From an uncultured Gemmataceae bacterium (lineage in GTDB: Bacteria; Planctomycetota; Planctomycetia; Gemmatales; Gemmataceae): DNA of 64,000 nucleotides. The position numbers were made by a program, and so were the translations under genes. Location of the stretch: contig CAVVPN010000004.1 in assembly GCA_963750165.1 (NCBI GenBank), positions 960,001 through 1,024,000 of the forward strand, in the 5' to 3' direction. This document shows, piece after piece, positions 9,973 through 20,174 of the stretch. Under the pieces are notes generated by a model. The model made no database searches, was not told the origin of the DNA, and worked only from the letters and a program-made list of their open reading frames with translations. Positions within the stretch are counted from its first letter, which is position 1. Every line of letters begins with the position of its first letter.

Positions 9973-11165
9973 TTCCGCACCAGGCGGCGGAACAGCCCTA
10001 GCGCGATGACGGCCATGATCGTGTCGGCGGCCCAGACCGCCGTGGCAATCGACACCTTGCCCGACTTCGCCAGGTTGATGCCGCACAGCATCAGCGGATA
10101 ATACAGAAACACGATCGGCAAGAAGCAGGTGATGAAGGCACTCAGATAGTCGCTCTTGCTGAACCAGATGCCGACCGGACAGCCAACCAGCACGAAGCAC
10201 AAACAACCCACGCCCAGCGCCAAGCGCATGTGCTGCTCGACCTCCAGCTGGCGATCCTCGTTGATCTTCGCCTGGCGCAGCGCCCGCATGTTCGTCACGT
10301 GCTCGGCCACCTTCTCCGGCGGCTGCGACAGGAACTCCTTGCCCTCGTTCAGCGCCACCTCGGCCTCCAACCGCTCCACCTGCTCGGCCAGTGTCTCCCG
10401 CGTCTCCGTCAGCTCGTCCCAGGTCATGTCGGCGCCGCGCTGCTTCTGCGGCATGCCCAGGTCCGGCGACAGCTCCACTGGCCACACCTTGTCGAAGACG
10501 TAGCCCATGTCGCCGTTCGAGGTGGAGTAGTGGCAGATGTGCATGTGGACGTGGACCAGGTTGTGGGCCATGTCCACGCGTAACTCCGCCTCGCGCGCCT
10601 GGGCGATCACGTCGTAACGCAGCGTGTTGGGGTCGCGGCGCATGAACAGCGCCTCCTGCAGTTTGCGGCCCTGCACGCGCTTGACGTGCATCTCATAGTT
10701 CGCCTTCGGGTGGCGAATGCAGCCGTCGCGCTTGAGCATGCCGTAGAGCAGTTCTTCCACGTCGTTGATGAACATGGTGCGCATCATGTGGTGCGTCATG
10801 GGGATGACCTGATAATACAGCCCCCAGGTGACGACGGTCATGATCAGACCGAGCAGCACGCCCGGCCAGACGACGCGCAGAACGTTGACGCCGGCCGCCT
10901 TGATCGCCAGGATTTCGTTGTCGTGCGCCAGCCGGCCGTAGACCACGCAGGTGGCGAACAGCGTTGTGGCCGGCAGCGTGTAGGGCAGCGTGCTGGGGAT
11001 GATGAGCGGCATGACGGCGATGATCTGAAACGGGCCGAGGCCATGTTGCGACGCCTCGGCGACCATGCCGGCCATGAGCAGGATGCCGGTGATGACCAGC
11101 AACGCCATCAAGAAGACGCGGAACAGCTCCCACAGAATCATGCGACTCAAGATGCTGAAGAACAC
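9969..11165 (-). CDS. LptF/LptG-family permease
   Basis: PYTLPATTLFA..YGRLAHDNEILAIKAAGV, HMRLAL..FVLVGCPVGI. Confidence 0.85.
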   Translation of the reverse strand: MFFSILSRMILWELFRVFLMALLVITGILLMAGMVAEASQHGLGPFQIIAVMPLIIPSTLPYTLPATTLFATCVVYGRLAHDNEILAIKAAGVNVLRVVWPGVLLGLIMTVVTWGLYYQVIPMTHHMMRTMFINDVEELLYGMLKRDGCIRHPKANYEMHVKRVQGRKLQEALFMRRDPNTLRYDVIAQAREAELRVDMAHNLVHVHMHICHYSTSNGDMGYVFDKVWPVELSPDLGMPQKQRGADMTWDELTETRETLAEQVERLEAEVALNEGKEFLSQPPEKVAEHVTNMRALRQAKINEDRQLEVEQHMRLALGVGCLCFVLVGCPVGIWFSKSDYLSAFITCFLPIVFLYYPLMLCGINLAKSGKVSIATAVWAADTIMAVIALGLFRRLVRN

Positions 11166-11311
11166 AACGCCTCCCCACAGCAGTGCGCGGCGCTGCCTGC
11201 GTGCGCCGCGTTGAACCGACCTTCCCCGCAAGGCTCCCCCCAGGAGGCGGCTGCCCTGCCTCTTCTCTTTTCGGCCGCCAACTGGGCAGACCTTGAGGGT
11301 TGTTCCGAAAA

Positions 11312-11401
11312 AGAGGTCAGAGGTCAGAGGTCAGAAGTCCGGTTGTCTTTTCTGCCGCTTGCGGCTTAGCGCTGACTTCTGACTTCTGACCTCTGACTTC
11401 T
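11312..11401. repeat. Inverted heptamer tandem arrays flanking one family A REP arm
   Basis: (agaRgtc)x4 at 11312-11339; (gacYtct)x4 at 11374-11401. Confidence 0.85.
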
Positions 11402-14400
11402 CATTTCTTCTCCTCCGGCCGGCCGAACACGCTCTGGCGCAGTGCGCAGCAGTGGCTCGACCAGGCCCGGCACTGGCACCTTTGAGAACAGCAAGTCCTC
11501 CGCGCGACCGCCGACCTTGCCGCGCACCTCGATCTTGAGCAGGTTCTTGCTGAAGGCCGACGGCAGCGTGCCCACCGCCGGCGGCAACAGCCCGATCCGC
11601 GCCCAGCCCGGGTAAAAGTCCAGATGCACGTCCGTGCCGTCCAGGTTCACCGCCCCCTCGCCCCACACACTCACCGCGTTGCCCGTCAGGTCCAGCCGTC
11701 CAAACGTCACACGCTTGCCCTGAACGTTGAACGTCGCGTGCGCCTCGTCGAAGGCGGTGCGATCCGGCCAGCGCAGGCCCAGGAACTTCAGCAGATCGAG
11801 CAACAGCGGCAGGTTGTACAACTTGGTCGTCGGGCTGTACGGCACGTCGATACTGCCGTTGCCGGCCAGCGTCTCGACACCGTCGCTCTGGCCGGTCAGG
11901 TGCAGCTGCGCCGCGGCCAGGCCGCTCAGCTGGTGGTCCGGCCCAAAATTGTGCCGGCCGAACTCCGATAACTGGACCTGCGAGGCCGTCAAATGCAGCT
12001 CGTAGTTCAACCGCCGGGGGCCGAACTCCACCCGAGCCTGGCCCGTCACGTCGCCGCCGAACAGCGGCGCCCGCAGTCCCAGCAGCAGCGTATCCGGCGC
12101 CTTCTCCCACACCTGGAAGTTGACGTGCAGATCGTGGAACGGCTGGTTGAACACCGTCACCTTCTCCAGCACTGCGTTGCCGTTGACGCCCTTGAGCTGG
12201 AAGCCGTCGTACAGCCCCTGGCAGCCGATGCAGCCGGTCACCTCGCTAACATCAATGCCAAGGTTCGCCGCCGTCTTGTGCAGCCACAGCGTGCCGTCCC
12301 AGTACACCTGCGGTTGCGACCCGGGGGCGCCGGACTGCGCGACCACCACCCGGCCCTGCACCGCGAACGGCTCCGCCAGCTTCAGGGCGTCCCAGGTGCC
12401 GCGCATCGCCTTCGGCAGCGCCGCCGCCAGGTCCGCGTCCGGCAGCACCGGGTTGCCGATCAACTGCTTCAGGTCCGCCCGATAGCCGCCGCCCGGCACC
12501 ACATCCACGATCACTTCGTCCAGGCTGAGCAGCGTCCGCTGATGGCGGGCAGTCAGGTTTTTGGCCACGATCTGGTTCTTGTAGTAGCGGAGGCTGCCGC
12601 ACAGGTCGTGCAGGTCGTAGTGGATGGATTCCGGGTGCAGGGCGATGCCCCGCAGCTCCAGCGCCAGGTCCAGGTCTGGCGCCTGGCCGGGAAGCTTGTC
12701 GATGCGGGCGCCGAAGTTCACACGGCCATCCGGGCCGAACATCTTCCATCCCTCGGCGACGCTGGGCACCTTTTCCAGGGCTTTCTTCAACTCCGCGTCC
12801 AGCAGAATGTTCTTGCCGGAAATGTCGATAACGAGCCGCGGCTCCGGCGGCAGCGGGGCGCCGTTCGGCAGCGGCACCGAGCCGCCGCGTACCCAGATGG
12901 TGCCGCCGTTGTGGCTGGCCTGGCAGTCGTGAAAAACGTAATGCGTCGGATACAGGTCGAGCTTGCCGGTCGCCTGCTCCATCGGTAACGGCAGCGCCTC
13001 CCAGTTCACCGTGGCGTCGTAGACATGGGCGTGATAGGTATTGAAGAAATCCATCGTGCCGGGCTGGTGGCGGAAGTGGCCCTGCAGGTTCACCTTGCCG
13101 GTCGCGCGGAACGACCGCGCCAGTGGCTGCATCGCGGCGGGCAGTGCCTGGAGCAGCTTTTCGTCCAGCGGCATGGCCCGAATGTCCAGGTCGAGGGCCA
13201 CGTCGGCGGCCTGGTTGAAGTTCCGCCAGGTGCCCTTGAGGGTGATCGGCTGCTCGTCGGTCGAGCCCTTCAGATCGACGGTGATGAGGCCCGCGAGCAG
13301 ATCGTAACTCAGACTGCCGGTAACGTTGCCGACCGGGTAGGGCAGTTCCTGATAGCACAGGTGGGCCTTCTTCGGTTGCAGCGACCACAGGTGCTTGACC
13401 CACTCGCCGCCGCGGCGTTCGCCGTCGAAGGTCAGCAGTGCCGGCCCCTCCGGACGGAACATCGGATACAGGCCCTTGACCTCGGACGGCAACCGATCAA
13501 ACAGGACGGGGCACAGCTGGAGCAGGTCCACCGAGAGCGTGGCCCGGAAGTCCTGGTCGAGGTGCGGCAGCCGGGCGGTGCCGTGCGCCCGCAGCGTGGC
13601 GCAGCCGGACGTGGCCTTCAACTCCTCCAGCGTCAGGACGCCGTTGACGCAGCGCGCCGCCACCTCCAGGTTATCCAGCGGCAGCGGCAGCGACGGGTGC
13701 CGCACCTTGCCCTGGCGCACCCGGCAGCGCAGGTCATACGTCCAGGGGCTGGCGGCGGTGGGCTGAAAGCGGAAATCGCCGCGGATCTCGGCGTGGCCCT
13801 CGACCTCCAGGCCGGACAGGTGGCCCTCGGGGCAGTAGCAGGCCAGGCGCTGCACCAACCGCTTGACCAGCGGCAGGCCCTGGGCCTCAATGGTCAGTTC
13901 GACCTGACGGGTGTCGCGCCGCCAGGTGCCGCGCAGCCGCACCTCGCCCAGCGTCTCGGAGGTGCCGCCGCCGTCCACGACCACGGTGTGCAGCGGATCG
14001 TTAACAACGGTCAGGTTGACGTCGCTGATTTCCAGAGGCGGAATGCCGGCGGCGGCCTGGCGGTCCTCCAGGACGAAGGTGCCCTGGTGGATGACCAGCG
14101 TCGGCAGCGGTTCGTGGTCGCCCTCCTCGGCAACGGCGAACAGGCCTTCCAGGTTCCAGTGGCCGTCACGGTTGCGGACCAGGCGAACGCGCGGCCGGTG
14201 GAACTCGACCTTGCGTAACGCCACCTTGCCATCGAGGAGGTGTTCCTTGTCGTGGTAGACGACCGCGGAGGGGACGTAGAGCAGATCGGTCTTGTCGGGG
14301 TCATCGCGACGGACGAGGCGGAGTTCGGTCAGGACAATGCCGCCGAGGATGCGCAGCCGGGCGGCGTCGAGGGTGACGATGGCCCCAGGGAACTGGGCCT

Positions 14401-14530
14401 GTAACTTCTCGATGACCTGCTGGCGCACCGCTGTCGGGTCGGTGAAGCGCTGATAGAGCAGCCCCGCGCCGACGCCACAGGCGACCACGCCGAAGACCAG
14501 ACTTCGGACCAGCCACTTCCGCCACGACAT
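11366..14530 (-). CDS. AsmA-like/YhdP-like envelope protein
   Basis: 1054 aa, N-terminal TM anchor, beta-rich body, AsmA2-like C-terminus (GNGSIDV..LYNLPLL..FDEAHATF). Confidence 0.7.
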   Translation of the reverse strand: MSWRKWLVRSLVFGVVACGVGAGLLYQRFTDPTAVRQQVIEKLQAQFPGAIVTLDAARLRILGGIVLTELRLVRRDDPDKTDLLYVPSAVVYHDKEHLLDGKVALRKVEFHRPRVRLVRNRDGHWNLEGLFAVAEEGDHEPLPTLVIHQGTFVLEDRQAAAGIPPLEISDVNLTVVNDPLHTVVVDGGGTSETLGEVRLRGTWRRDTRQVELTIEAQGLPLVKRLVQRLACYCPEGHLSGLEVEGHAEIRGDFRFQPTAASPWTYDLRCRVRQGKVRHPSLPLPLDNLEVAARCVNGVLTLEELKATSGCATLRAHGTARLPHLDQDFRATLSVDLLQLCPVLFDRLPSEVKGLYPMFRPEGPALLTFDGERRGGEWVKHLWSLQPKKAHLCYQELPYPVGNVTGSLSYDLLAGLITVDLKGSTDEQPITLKGTWRNFNQAADVALDLDIRAMPLDEKLLQALPAAMQPLARSFRATGKVNLQGHFRHQPGTMDFFNTYHAHVYDATVNWEALPLPMEQATGKLDLYPTHYVFHDCQASHNGGTIWVRGGSVPLPNGAPLPPEPRLVIDISGKNILLDAELKKALEKVPSVAEGWKMFGPDGRVNFGARIDKLPGQAPDLDLALELRGIALHPESIHYDLHDLCGSLRYYKNQIVAKNLTARHQRTLLSLDEVIVDVVPGGGYRADLKQLIGNPVLPDADLAAALPKAMRGTWDALKLAEPFAVQGRVVVAQSGAPGSQPQVYWDGTLWLHKTAANLGIDVSEVTGCIGCQGLYDGFQLKGVNGNAVLEKVTVFNQPFHDLHVNFQVWEKAPDTLLLGLRAPLFGGDVTGQARVEFGPRRLNYELHLTASQVQLSEFGRHNFGPDHQLSGLAAAQLHLTGQSDGVETLAGNGSIDVPYSPTTKLYNLPLLLDLLKFLGLRWPDRTAFDEAHATFNVQGKRVTFGRLDLTGNAVSVWGEGAVNLDGTDVHLDFYPGWARIGLLPPAVGTLPSAFSKNLLKIEVRGKVGGRAEDLLFSKVPVPGLVEPLLRTAPERVRPAGGEEMRSQRSEVRSQR

Positions 14531-14620
14531 GCGTTACCTCGAAAGGTAACCTCGCCTCGCCTCCGCTTCCGGGTCGGAGAGCGGGCGGGATAGTACGGCA
14601 AAGGGGCGGTGGGGTCAATC

Positions 14621-14657
14621 TCGTTCCCACGCGGAGCGTGGGACGTGGGAACGAGGG
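14621..14657. repeat. REP-like palindrome, family D
   Basis: ctcgttcccacg ... cgtgggaacgag. Confidence 0.7.
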
Positions 14658-14723
14658 TGGCGGGCGGCGCCGCCGCTCATACAATCACGCGGAGGCAAGC
14701 CAGGGGGCCAGGGAGCGATGACC

Positions 14724-15461
14724 ATGAAACGGGCGGCGACGCTGGCGAGTGTGGTGGTGCTGATCCTCTGTGGCTGCGGCCAGCAGGCGGAGGAGGAAAA
14801 GTCGGAAAAGAAGAGCACCCGGGAGCCGAAAGAAAAGGCGGTGATCGGCGGGTATAGCGCCCTGTCCGTGGCGCCCGACTTCAAGGAGACCACCGAAAAA
14901 ACCCCCGCCGAGGTGATCGTCATCGGCGACGGCAACACTTACCTTGCGCTGTATGTGTACGACCGGCACGGCAACTGTGTGGCGCATGACGAGGGCACGG
15001 ATCGCATCCGCGACGACCTGGCCGCCGGCTGGGTGTCCGCCGACGGTCAGACATACGCCTTCGAGATGGTGAACCTGGGTCGGTCGGAAAATCAGGTGAA
15101 TTACAAGGTGCGTGGGCTGGCGCACAAAGTGATGCAGGACCGGAGCCCCACGAAAATGATCCGTCGCCAGGCGTTTCCTCCGAAGCGGGTGAACGGCAAC
15201 GAAGAGCGGAAGCTGGAGCCGAAAGAGTTCCAGGGGGGCCAGCGCGTCTGCATCATCTTCGAGGGCGATCACGACCCGGTCGAGGACCTGATTGTCACGG
15301 TGCTGGACGCCAAGGGGCGGGTGGTGGCCCGGGAGGATCGCGGCGGCGACCTCGGTGCGGTCATCTGGTATCCGCCCGAAGACGGGAAGTACACCATCGT
15401 GGTCAAGAACACGGGCAAGACCTGGAACGACGTGACGCTGATCGACAAGATGGGGAATTAG
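14724..15461 (+). CDS. Lipoprotein with two PPC-like beta domains
   Basis: LCGC lipobox; GDGNTYLALYVYD..GNCVAHD and GDHDPVEDLIVTVLD..GRVVARED. Confidence 0.6.
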   Translation: MKRAATLASVVVLILCGCGQQAEEEKSEKKSTREPKEKAVIGGYSALSVAPDFKETTEKTPAEVIVIGDGNTYLALYVYDRHGNCVAHDEGTDRIRDDLAAGWVSADGQTYAFEMVNLGRSENQVNYKVRGLAHKVMQDRSPTKMIRRQAFPPKRVNGNEERKLEPKEFQGGQRVCIIFEGDHDPVEDLIVTVLDAKGRVVAREDRGGDLGAVIWYPPEDGKYTIVVKNTGKTWNDVTLIDKMGN

Positions 15462-15691
15462 CGCGGTTCACCGTGGCCTGGCAGACGCTTCGTAGCCAAA
15501 CCTGGCTACTGGCTTCGACGGGGTGGGCATTGGGCGCCGTTGGCGGACGGAAATCACATCCTGCTGAAATCGCAAAACTCATCCTCCGACACCGCGGCGG
15601 CCGCGGCCGTAGAATCGGCTGCGGCCGCCGCGTCGGCCCGTTATAATATCCTGACGGCCAAACGGACGGAGACACCTACCCACACTACACC

Positions 15692-16114
15692 ATGATCCAG
15701 CTGACCCGCGACCCCATCGACTACCACCGCCTGACGGAGCAGGTGCGCCGCCCCGACTGCGGTGCCGTCGTGCTGTTCCTGGGCACCGTGCGCGATCTGA
15801 CCGGCGACCGCGTGACCGTGGCCCTCGACTACGAGGCGTACCCCGGCATGGCCGAGAAGAAGCTGGCCGAGATCGAGGCGGACACGCGCAACCGTTGGCC
15901 GGTCGGCGACCTCGCCCTGATTCACCGCCTGGGCCGGCTGGAGGTGGGCGAAATCAGCGTCGCGGTGGCGGTCAGTTGCCCGCACCGGGCCGAGGCGTTC
16001 GCCGCCGGGCGTCACGCCATCGACCGGCTCAAGGAACTGGTGCCGATCTGGAAAAAGGAAAACTGGGCCGACGGCACCACTGAATGGGTCCACCCGGGGA
16101 CGGAGCACGCATGA
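15692..16114 (+). CDS. moaE: Molybdopterin synthase catalytic subunit
   Basis: GAVVLFLGTVR, YEAYPGMA, HRLGRL, LKELVPIWKKE. Confidence 0.95.
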   Translation: MIQLTRDPIDYHRLTEQVRRPDCGAVVLFLGTVRDLTGDRVTVALDYEAYPGMAEKKLAEIEADTRNRWPVGDLALIHRLGRLEVGEISVAVAVSCPHRAEAFAAGRHAIDRLKELVPIWKKENWADGTTEWVHPGTEHA

Positions 16115-17097
16115 GCACGCTGATCGACACCTTCGGCCGCCTGCACAACAACCTCCGCATCAGCGTCACGGATCGCTGCAACCTGCGCTGCATCTACTGC
16201 ATGCAGGAGGACGTGGTGTTCATGGACCGGGCCGAGCTGCTGTCATTCGAGGAGATCACGCAGTTCGTGCGTGTGGCGGCGCCGCTGGGCATCGACAAGG
16301 TGCGGCTGACGGGCGGTGAGCCGCTGCTGCGCCGCGATCTGCCGAAGCTGGTGCGCATGCTGTGCGGCGTGCCCGGCATCCGCGACGTGGGCATCACGAC
16401 CAACGGCATCCTGCTGGCGGAGCAGGCACAGGCGCTGTACGACGCGGGACTGCGGCGTATCAACGTCAGCCTGGACACGCTCACCGAGGCGCACTTCCGC
16501 CAGCTAACGCGCCGCGACGGCCTGGAGCGCGTGATCGCCGGCATCCTGGCCGCCAAAAAAGCGGGCTTCGCGCCGGTGAAGCTCAACGCCGTGAGCATGC
16601 GCGGCATCACCGAACACGAGGTGGTGCCGTTGGCGCGCTTCGCACGTGAGCACGGCCTGGAGATGCGCTTCATCGAATACATGCCGATCGGCGCCGAGCA
16701 GTGGGAGCGCGACAAGGTGTACTACGCCCATGAGATTCTGGAGCAAATCGACCGGGACGTGGGGCCGCTGGTGCCGGCGCCCGACCAGGACCCGCGGGCG
16801 CCGGCGCAGGACTTCGTATACCTGGACGGCGGCGGCCGCGTCGGCATCATCGCGTCAATCTCGCGGCCGTTCTGTCTGAGCTGCAACCGCCTGCGCCTGA
16901 CCGCAGACGGCAAGTTGCGCAACTGTTTGTTCGCGGTCGAGGAGGCGGACGTGAAGTCGCTGCTGCGCGGTGGGGCGACGGACGAGGCGCTGGCGGCGGT
17001 GATCCGCGGCAACGTGGCGGCGAAGTGGGAGGGGCACGAGATCAACACGGCGCGGTTCATCAAGCCGCTGCGGACGATGCACAGTATCGGGGGATGA
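16111..17097 (+). CDS. moaA: GTP 3',8-cyclase
   Basis: RISVTDRCNLRCIYCM, CLSCNRLR..C, terminal MHSIGG. Confidence 0.95.
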   Translation: MSTLIDTFGRLHNNLRISVTDRCNLRCIYCMQEDVVFMDRAELLSFEEITQFVRVAAPLGIDKVRLTGGEPLLRRDLPKLVRMLCGVPGIRDVGITTNGILLAEQAQALYDAGLRRINVSLDTLTEAHFRQLTRRDGLERVIAGILAAKKAGFAPVKLNAVSMRGITEHEVVPLARFAREHGLEMRFIEYMPIGAEQWERDKVYYAHEILEQIDRDVGPLVPAPDQDPRAPAQDFVYLDGGGRVGIIASISRPFCLSCNRLRLTADGKLRNCLFAVEEADVKSLLRGGATDEALAAVIRGNVAAKWEGHEINTARFIKPLRTMHSIGG

Positions 17098-17271
17098 GCA
17101 ATGAACCTGGAATTATCGGAGCCCTTGCAGCGAGCACTGGATGCCCAGCCCAATGAACCGCTGCAGCGTGGGGGCGACAACGAGGCCACCTCACGTAAAC
17201 TCGGAGCAACAACCTCTCCGCTCGGGGACAGCCAGCTGTCTTCCTGGTCTGCATGCTCAAGTGAACCAGAC

Positions 17272-18699
17272 TCACTCCTTTTTCACCCGCTTCAACAACC
17301 AATCGCGAACCAGTTCCAGCGCCACCGGCGCGAACGTCTCCTCAATCTGCGCGTACTCCGCCAGCGACCCGGTCTTGCATGTCTGGAACAGATGGTTCAG
17401 CCCCGCCATCTCCTTGACCGTGACATCCTTGTTCCCGCCCTCCTTCAGCGCCGCGGCCACGGCGGCCAAATTCTCCTTCGGCGGCACCTGCACGTCCTTC
17501 GCGCCGACCAGCGCCAGCACCGGGCAGCGCAGCTGACGCAGCGCCGGCCGCGGGTCGTGCGCCAGGAACGAGCGGAACCAGCGCGTCACGCTCGTTCGGA
17601 ACTGCTGCTTCAGCGCCGGCCCCACGGCTTCCACCGCCTTCTTCTCCTCGTCGGTCATCTTCGCCACCTTTTCCGCCCACTCCTTCTCAAACCGCTTCAC
17701 CGCCGCCGCGTTGTCCTTCTCCTGCTTGACAATTCCGAGCATCCACTCCTGCAGGACGCGTTGCTCCTTGAGTTCCTTCTCACCGGCGCCGGTCGCCTTC
17801 AAAAAAGCCTGGCCCTGCATGTACAGGATGTCCTCGCCCGGCAAGCCCGGCCCCGCCAGCATCACCACAAACGCCACCTCCGGCGCCCGCGACGCCGCCA
17901 GCGGCCCCACGATGCCGCCCTCACTGTGGCCAATGAAACCGATGCGCTTCGGGTCGATGTCCTTGTGCCCTTTTAGAAACGCCAGCGCCGCCAGCGCGTC
18001 GTCGGCGAACTCGTCCAGCGTCGTCTGCATGACACTGCCGGTCGAGCCACCAACGCCGCGGTCGTCCACGCGCAGCACGGCGATGCCCTGGCGCGTCAGA
18101 TGGTCCGCCAGCACCAGGAACGGCTTGTGGTCCATGAGCGTCTCGTCGCGGTCCTGCGGCCCCGAACCCGACAGCAACAGGGCGCAGGCGAACGGGCCCT
18201 TGCCCTTCGGCAGCGTCAGCGTCCCCGCGAACTTGACGCCGGCCTTCTTGTTCTCGAAGGTCACCTCTTCTTCACGGTACGGATACGGCTTCTTCGGTTC
18301 CTGCGGCCGCCGCACCACCGGCGCCTTTGCCGACCACTTCAGCGTCAGCGCCAACTTCTGGCCGCCCTGCTCGAAATCGCCGGCCAGGGTTTTGCCGCCA
18401 TCCTGCAGCTTGCCCGTGTAGACGGCACCAATGCTCTTGATCTCCAACCGCACCGCCCTATCCTTGACCTCCGCCTTGCTGATCGGGATGCCCCGGGCGC
18501 CCTGGTCGAGGCTGTCCAGCGTGCCGGTCAACGTGTCTTTCTTACGCTCCAGATGAAAGCCGAGCCGCAGTTCCGTGCCGCCGACTTTCAGCTTGCCCTG
18601 CCAGTAGCCTGCCACTCCGCCGGGGCCCTGCGCCAGCACCGCCGTTGCCAGCAGCAATGCCACCCCACCACCGAGGACGAACGCGCGTGTCAGCCGCAT
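17272..18699 (-). CDS. Secreted alpha/beta hydrolase (S9/S15-like)
   Basis: Signal peptide, GSGPQDRDE, DDRGVGGS, GHSEGG, NHLFQ. Confidence 0.85.
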   Translation of the reverse strand: MRLTRAFVLGGGVALLLATAVLAQGPGGVAGYWQGKLKVGGTELRLGFHLERKKDTLTGTLDSLDQGARGIPISKAEVKDRAVRLEIKSIGAVYTGKLQDGGKTLAGDFEQGGQKLALTLKWSAKAPVVRRPQEPKKPYPYREEEVTFENKKAGVKFAGTLTLPKGKGPFACALLLSGSGPQDRDETLMDHKPFLVLADHLTRQGIAVLRVDDRGVGGSTGSVMQTTLDEFADDALAALAFLKGHKDIDPKRIGFIGHSEGGIVGPLAASRAPEVAFVVMLAGPGLPGEDILYMQGQAFLKATGAGEKELKEQRVLQEWMLGIVKQEKDNAAAVKRFEKEWAEKVAKMTDEEKKAVEAVGPALKQQFRTSVTRWFRSFLAHDPRPALRQLRCPVLALVGAKDVQVPPKENLAAVAAALKEGGNKDVTVKEMAGLNHLFQTCKTGSLAEYAQIEETFAPVALELVRDWLLKRVKKE

Positions 18700-18700
18700 G

Positions 18701-19366
18701 TCACAACCTCCCCTGTTTTTCGAGACGCTTGTAAAGCAGCAGCGAGTAGAGTACAGGCCACAGCGCCACCACCCCCAGGCCAATCAGGCACACCACGATC
18801 GGCGCCCCCAGCAGCACGGCCACGAAGCCGATCAGCCCCAGGCCGAAATACAGGTACGCCGCCTGCCGATGCGTGCCCTCCCAGACCGCCTCGCTGGCCA
18901 GCGTCCACGGCGTCCGCACCCCCATCCAGAAGTTGCGCCGCACCTGGCCCAGCACGTTGCCCAGCAGCGCGAAGAACAGAAAAATGCCGCCGACGAACCA
19001 CTTGCCCGGATCTGACAGTAGCTCCAGATACATGAGCATGATGACCACGTGCAAGTACCCGAACAGGCCCACCACCACCGCCATGATGTAGCCGTACACG
19101 TCGCGGAAGCGGTCCACGTCAAAATGCTTCGGCGACAGCCACGGCAGCACCAGCGTCAACAGCAGCATGACGGTCATCGCGGCGGGCATGGGCAGGAAGT
19201 AACCGAACGCCTCCTGCCGCGGCACATAACGGTCGGGCCGGAAGTTGATGTCCCAGTGGACCGGCACGCGCTCGGGCAGCCGGTCCACCTCCGCCAGACC
19301 GACGTACAGCGCCGCCGCCCAGGCCACGGCCGTGAGCGCGGCGGCCGGCCAGAACCAGCGTGTCAT
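18701..19366 (-). CDS. SdpI/DUF1648-family membrane protein
   Basis: LPERVPVHW, NFWMGVRTPWTLASEAVW..THR. Confidence 0.85.
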   Translation of the reverse strand: MTRWFWPAAALTAVAWAAALYVGLAEVDRLPERVPVHWDINFRPDRYVPRQEAFGYFLPMPAAMTVMLLLTLVLPWLSPKHFDVDRFRDVYGYIMAVVVGLFGYLHVVIMLMYLELLSDPGKWFVGGIFLFFALLGNVLGQVRRNFWMGVRTPWTLASEAVWEGTHRQAAYLYFGLGLIGFVAVLLGAPIVVCLIGLGVVALWPVLYSLLLYKRLEKQGRL

Positions 19367-19668
19367 GACTTGGGCTCCTTGTGCTTGCCGTTGCGGCCGG
19401 GCCGGGCGAACAGGTCCCACAGCAGAGCCGCCAGGTCCTCCACCACGGTCGTGTTCAGGGCGTAGAAAATCTGCTGGCCGTCGCGCCGCGCCGTGATTAA
19501 ATCCGCCTGTTTCAGCACGGCGAAGTGGTGCGAGACCGACGGCTTGCTCATCTTCTTTTCCAGCCGTTCCGCCAGCTCGCCGGCCGACATTTCGCCGCCG
19601 CGCAGCAGCCGCAGGATCTCCCGCCGCGTCGGGTCGGCCAGGGCCTTGAAGGCGTCGTTCATGCGCAT
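19363..19668 (-). CDS. ArsR-family repressor (SdpR-like)
   Basis: FKALADPTRREIL, SKPSVSHHF, YALNTTV; overlaps the SdpI gene start. Confidence 0.9.
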   Translation of the reverse strand: MRMNDAFKALADPTRREILRLLRGGEMSAGELAERLEKKMSKPSVSHHFAVLKQADLITARRDGQQIFYALNTTVVEDLAALLWDLFARPGRNGKHKEPKS

Positions 19669-19689
19669 GGCCGCTGCTCCGTTCGATGG

Positions 19690-19705
19690 TTAGCCAACTG
19701 TCTAA
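19690..19705. promoter_or_regulatory. Putative ArsR/SdpR operator
   Basis: Imperfect palindrome TTAGcCAacTGtCTAA just upstream of the repressor start. Confidence 0.5.
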
Positions 19706-19760
19706 ATAAGTATAAGCGGATGACCGCCGCGGGGCAAGCGGCCGGCGACCGTTCGGCCAG

Positions 19761-19976
19761 TTAGCGCGGTTCGCAGTGGTGTGGACCAGGAACGGCAGGC
19801 GAGTGCTCCCGAACCGTCCTGCAAACTGCGCGAGCCGCTCCCAGGCTCGAATCTCGACGTGTGAAAAAGTTGGCCCCCTTGGCCCCCTTGGCCCCCTTGC
19901 TGTGGCAGCGCAGGCCGCTGGAGGTCAGCCCGTGCCCGCCGCCACTTGTGCGCAAACCGTGCGTGAACCGCGCCAG
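19761..19976. mobile_element. MITE-like element with the same ends as 9877-9972
   Basis: ttagcgcggttcgcagtggtgtggacca ... cgtgaaccgcgccag; internal (ttggccccc)x3 at 19870-19896. Confidence 0.55.
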
Positions 19977-19999
19977 AGCGCGTTGCGGGTAAGTGTTGC

Positions 20000-20069
20000 A
20001 GGCGAGCGGCGCGGCGTCAGCCCTCCGGTACTGCGAAGCACCGGAGGGCTGACGCCGCGCCGCTCGCCT
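20000..20069. repeat. REP-like inverted repeat, family E
   Basis: 30-bp perfect arms aggcgagcggcgcggcgtcagccctccggt. Confidence 0.9.
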
Positions 20070-20174
20070 ACTTCGAGAGGCACACCCTCTCAGGCCTGTT
20101 CACCTTGGCCGTCCGGCCGCTAGCGCTTATAAATCCACTGGGGTGGTGAACTGCCGCCCCAGGAGGAGCGCCGC

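Noticed and set aside
15462..15691. Moco riboswitch upstream of moaE-moaA
   Set aside because: Hairpins are present but I cannot match the motif by eye, and a TATAAT at 15642 leaves too short a leader; an Rfam scan would settle it
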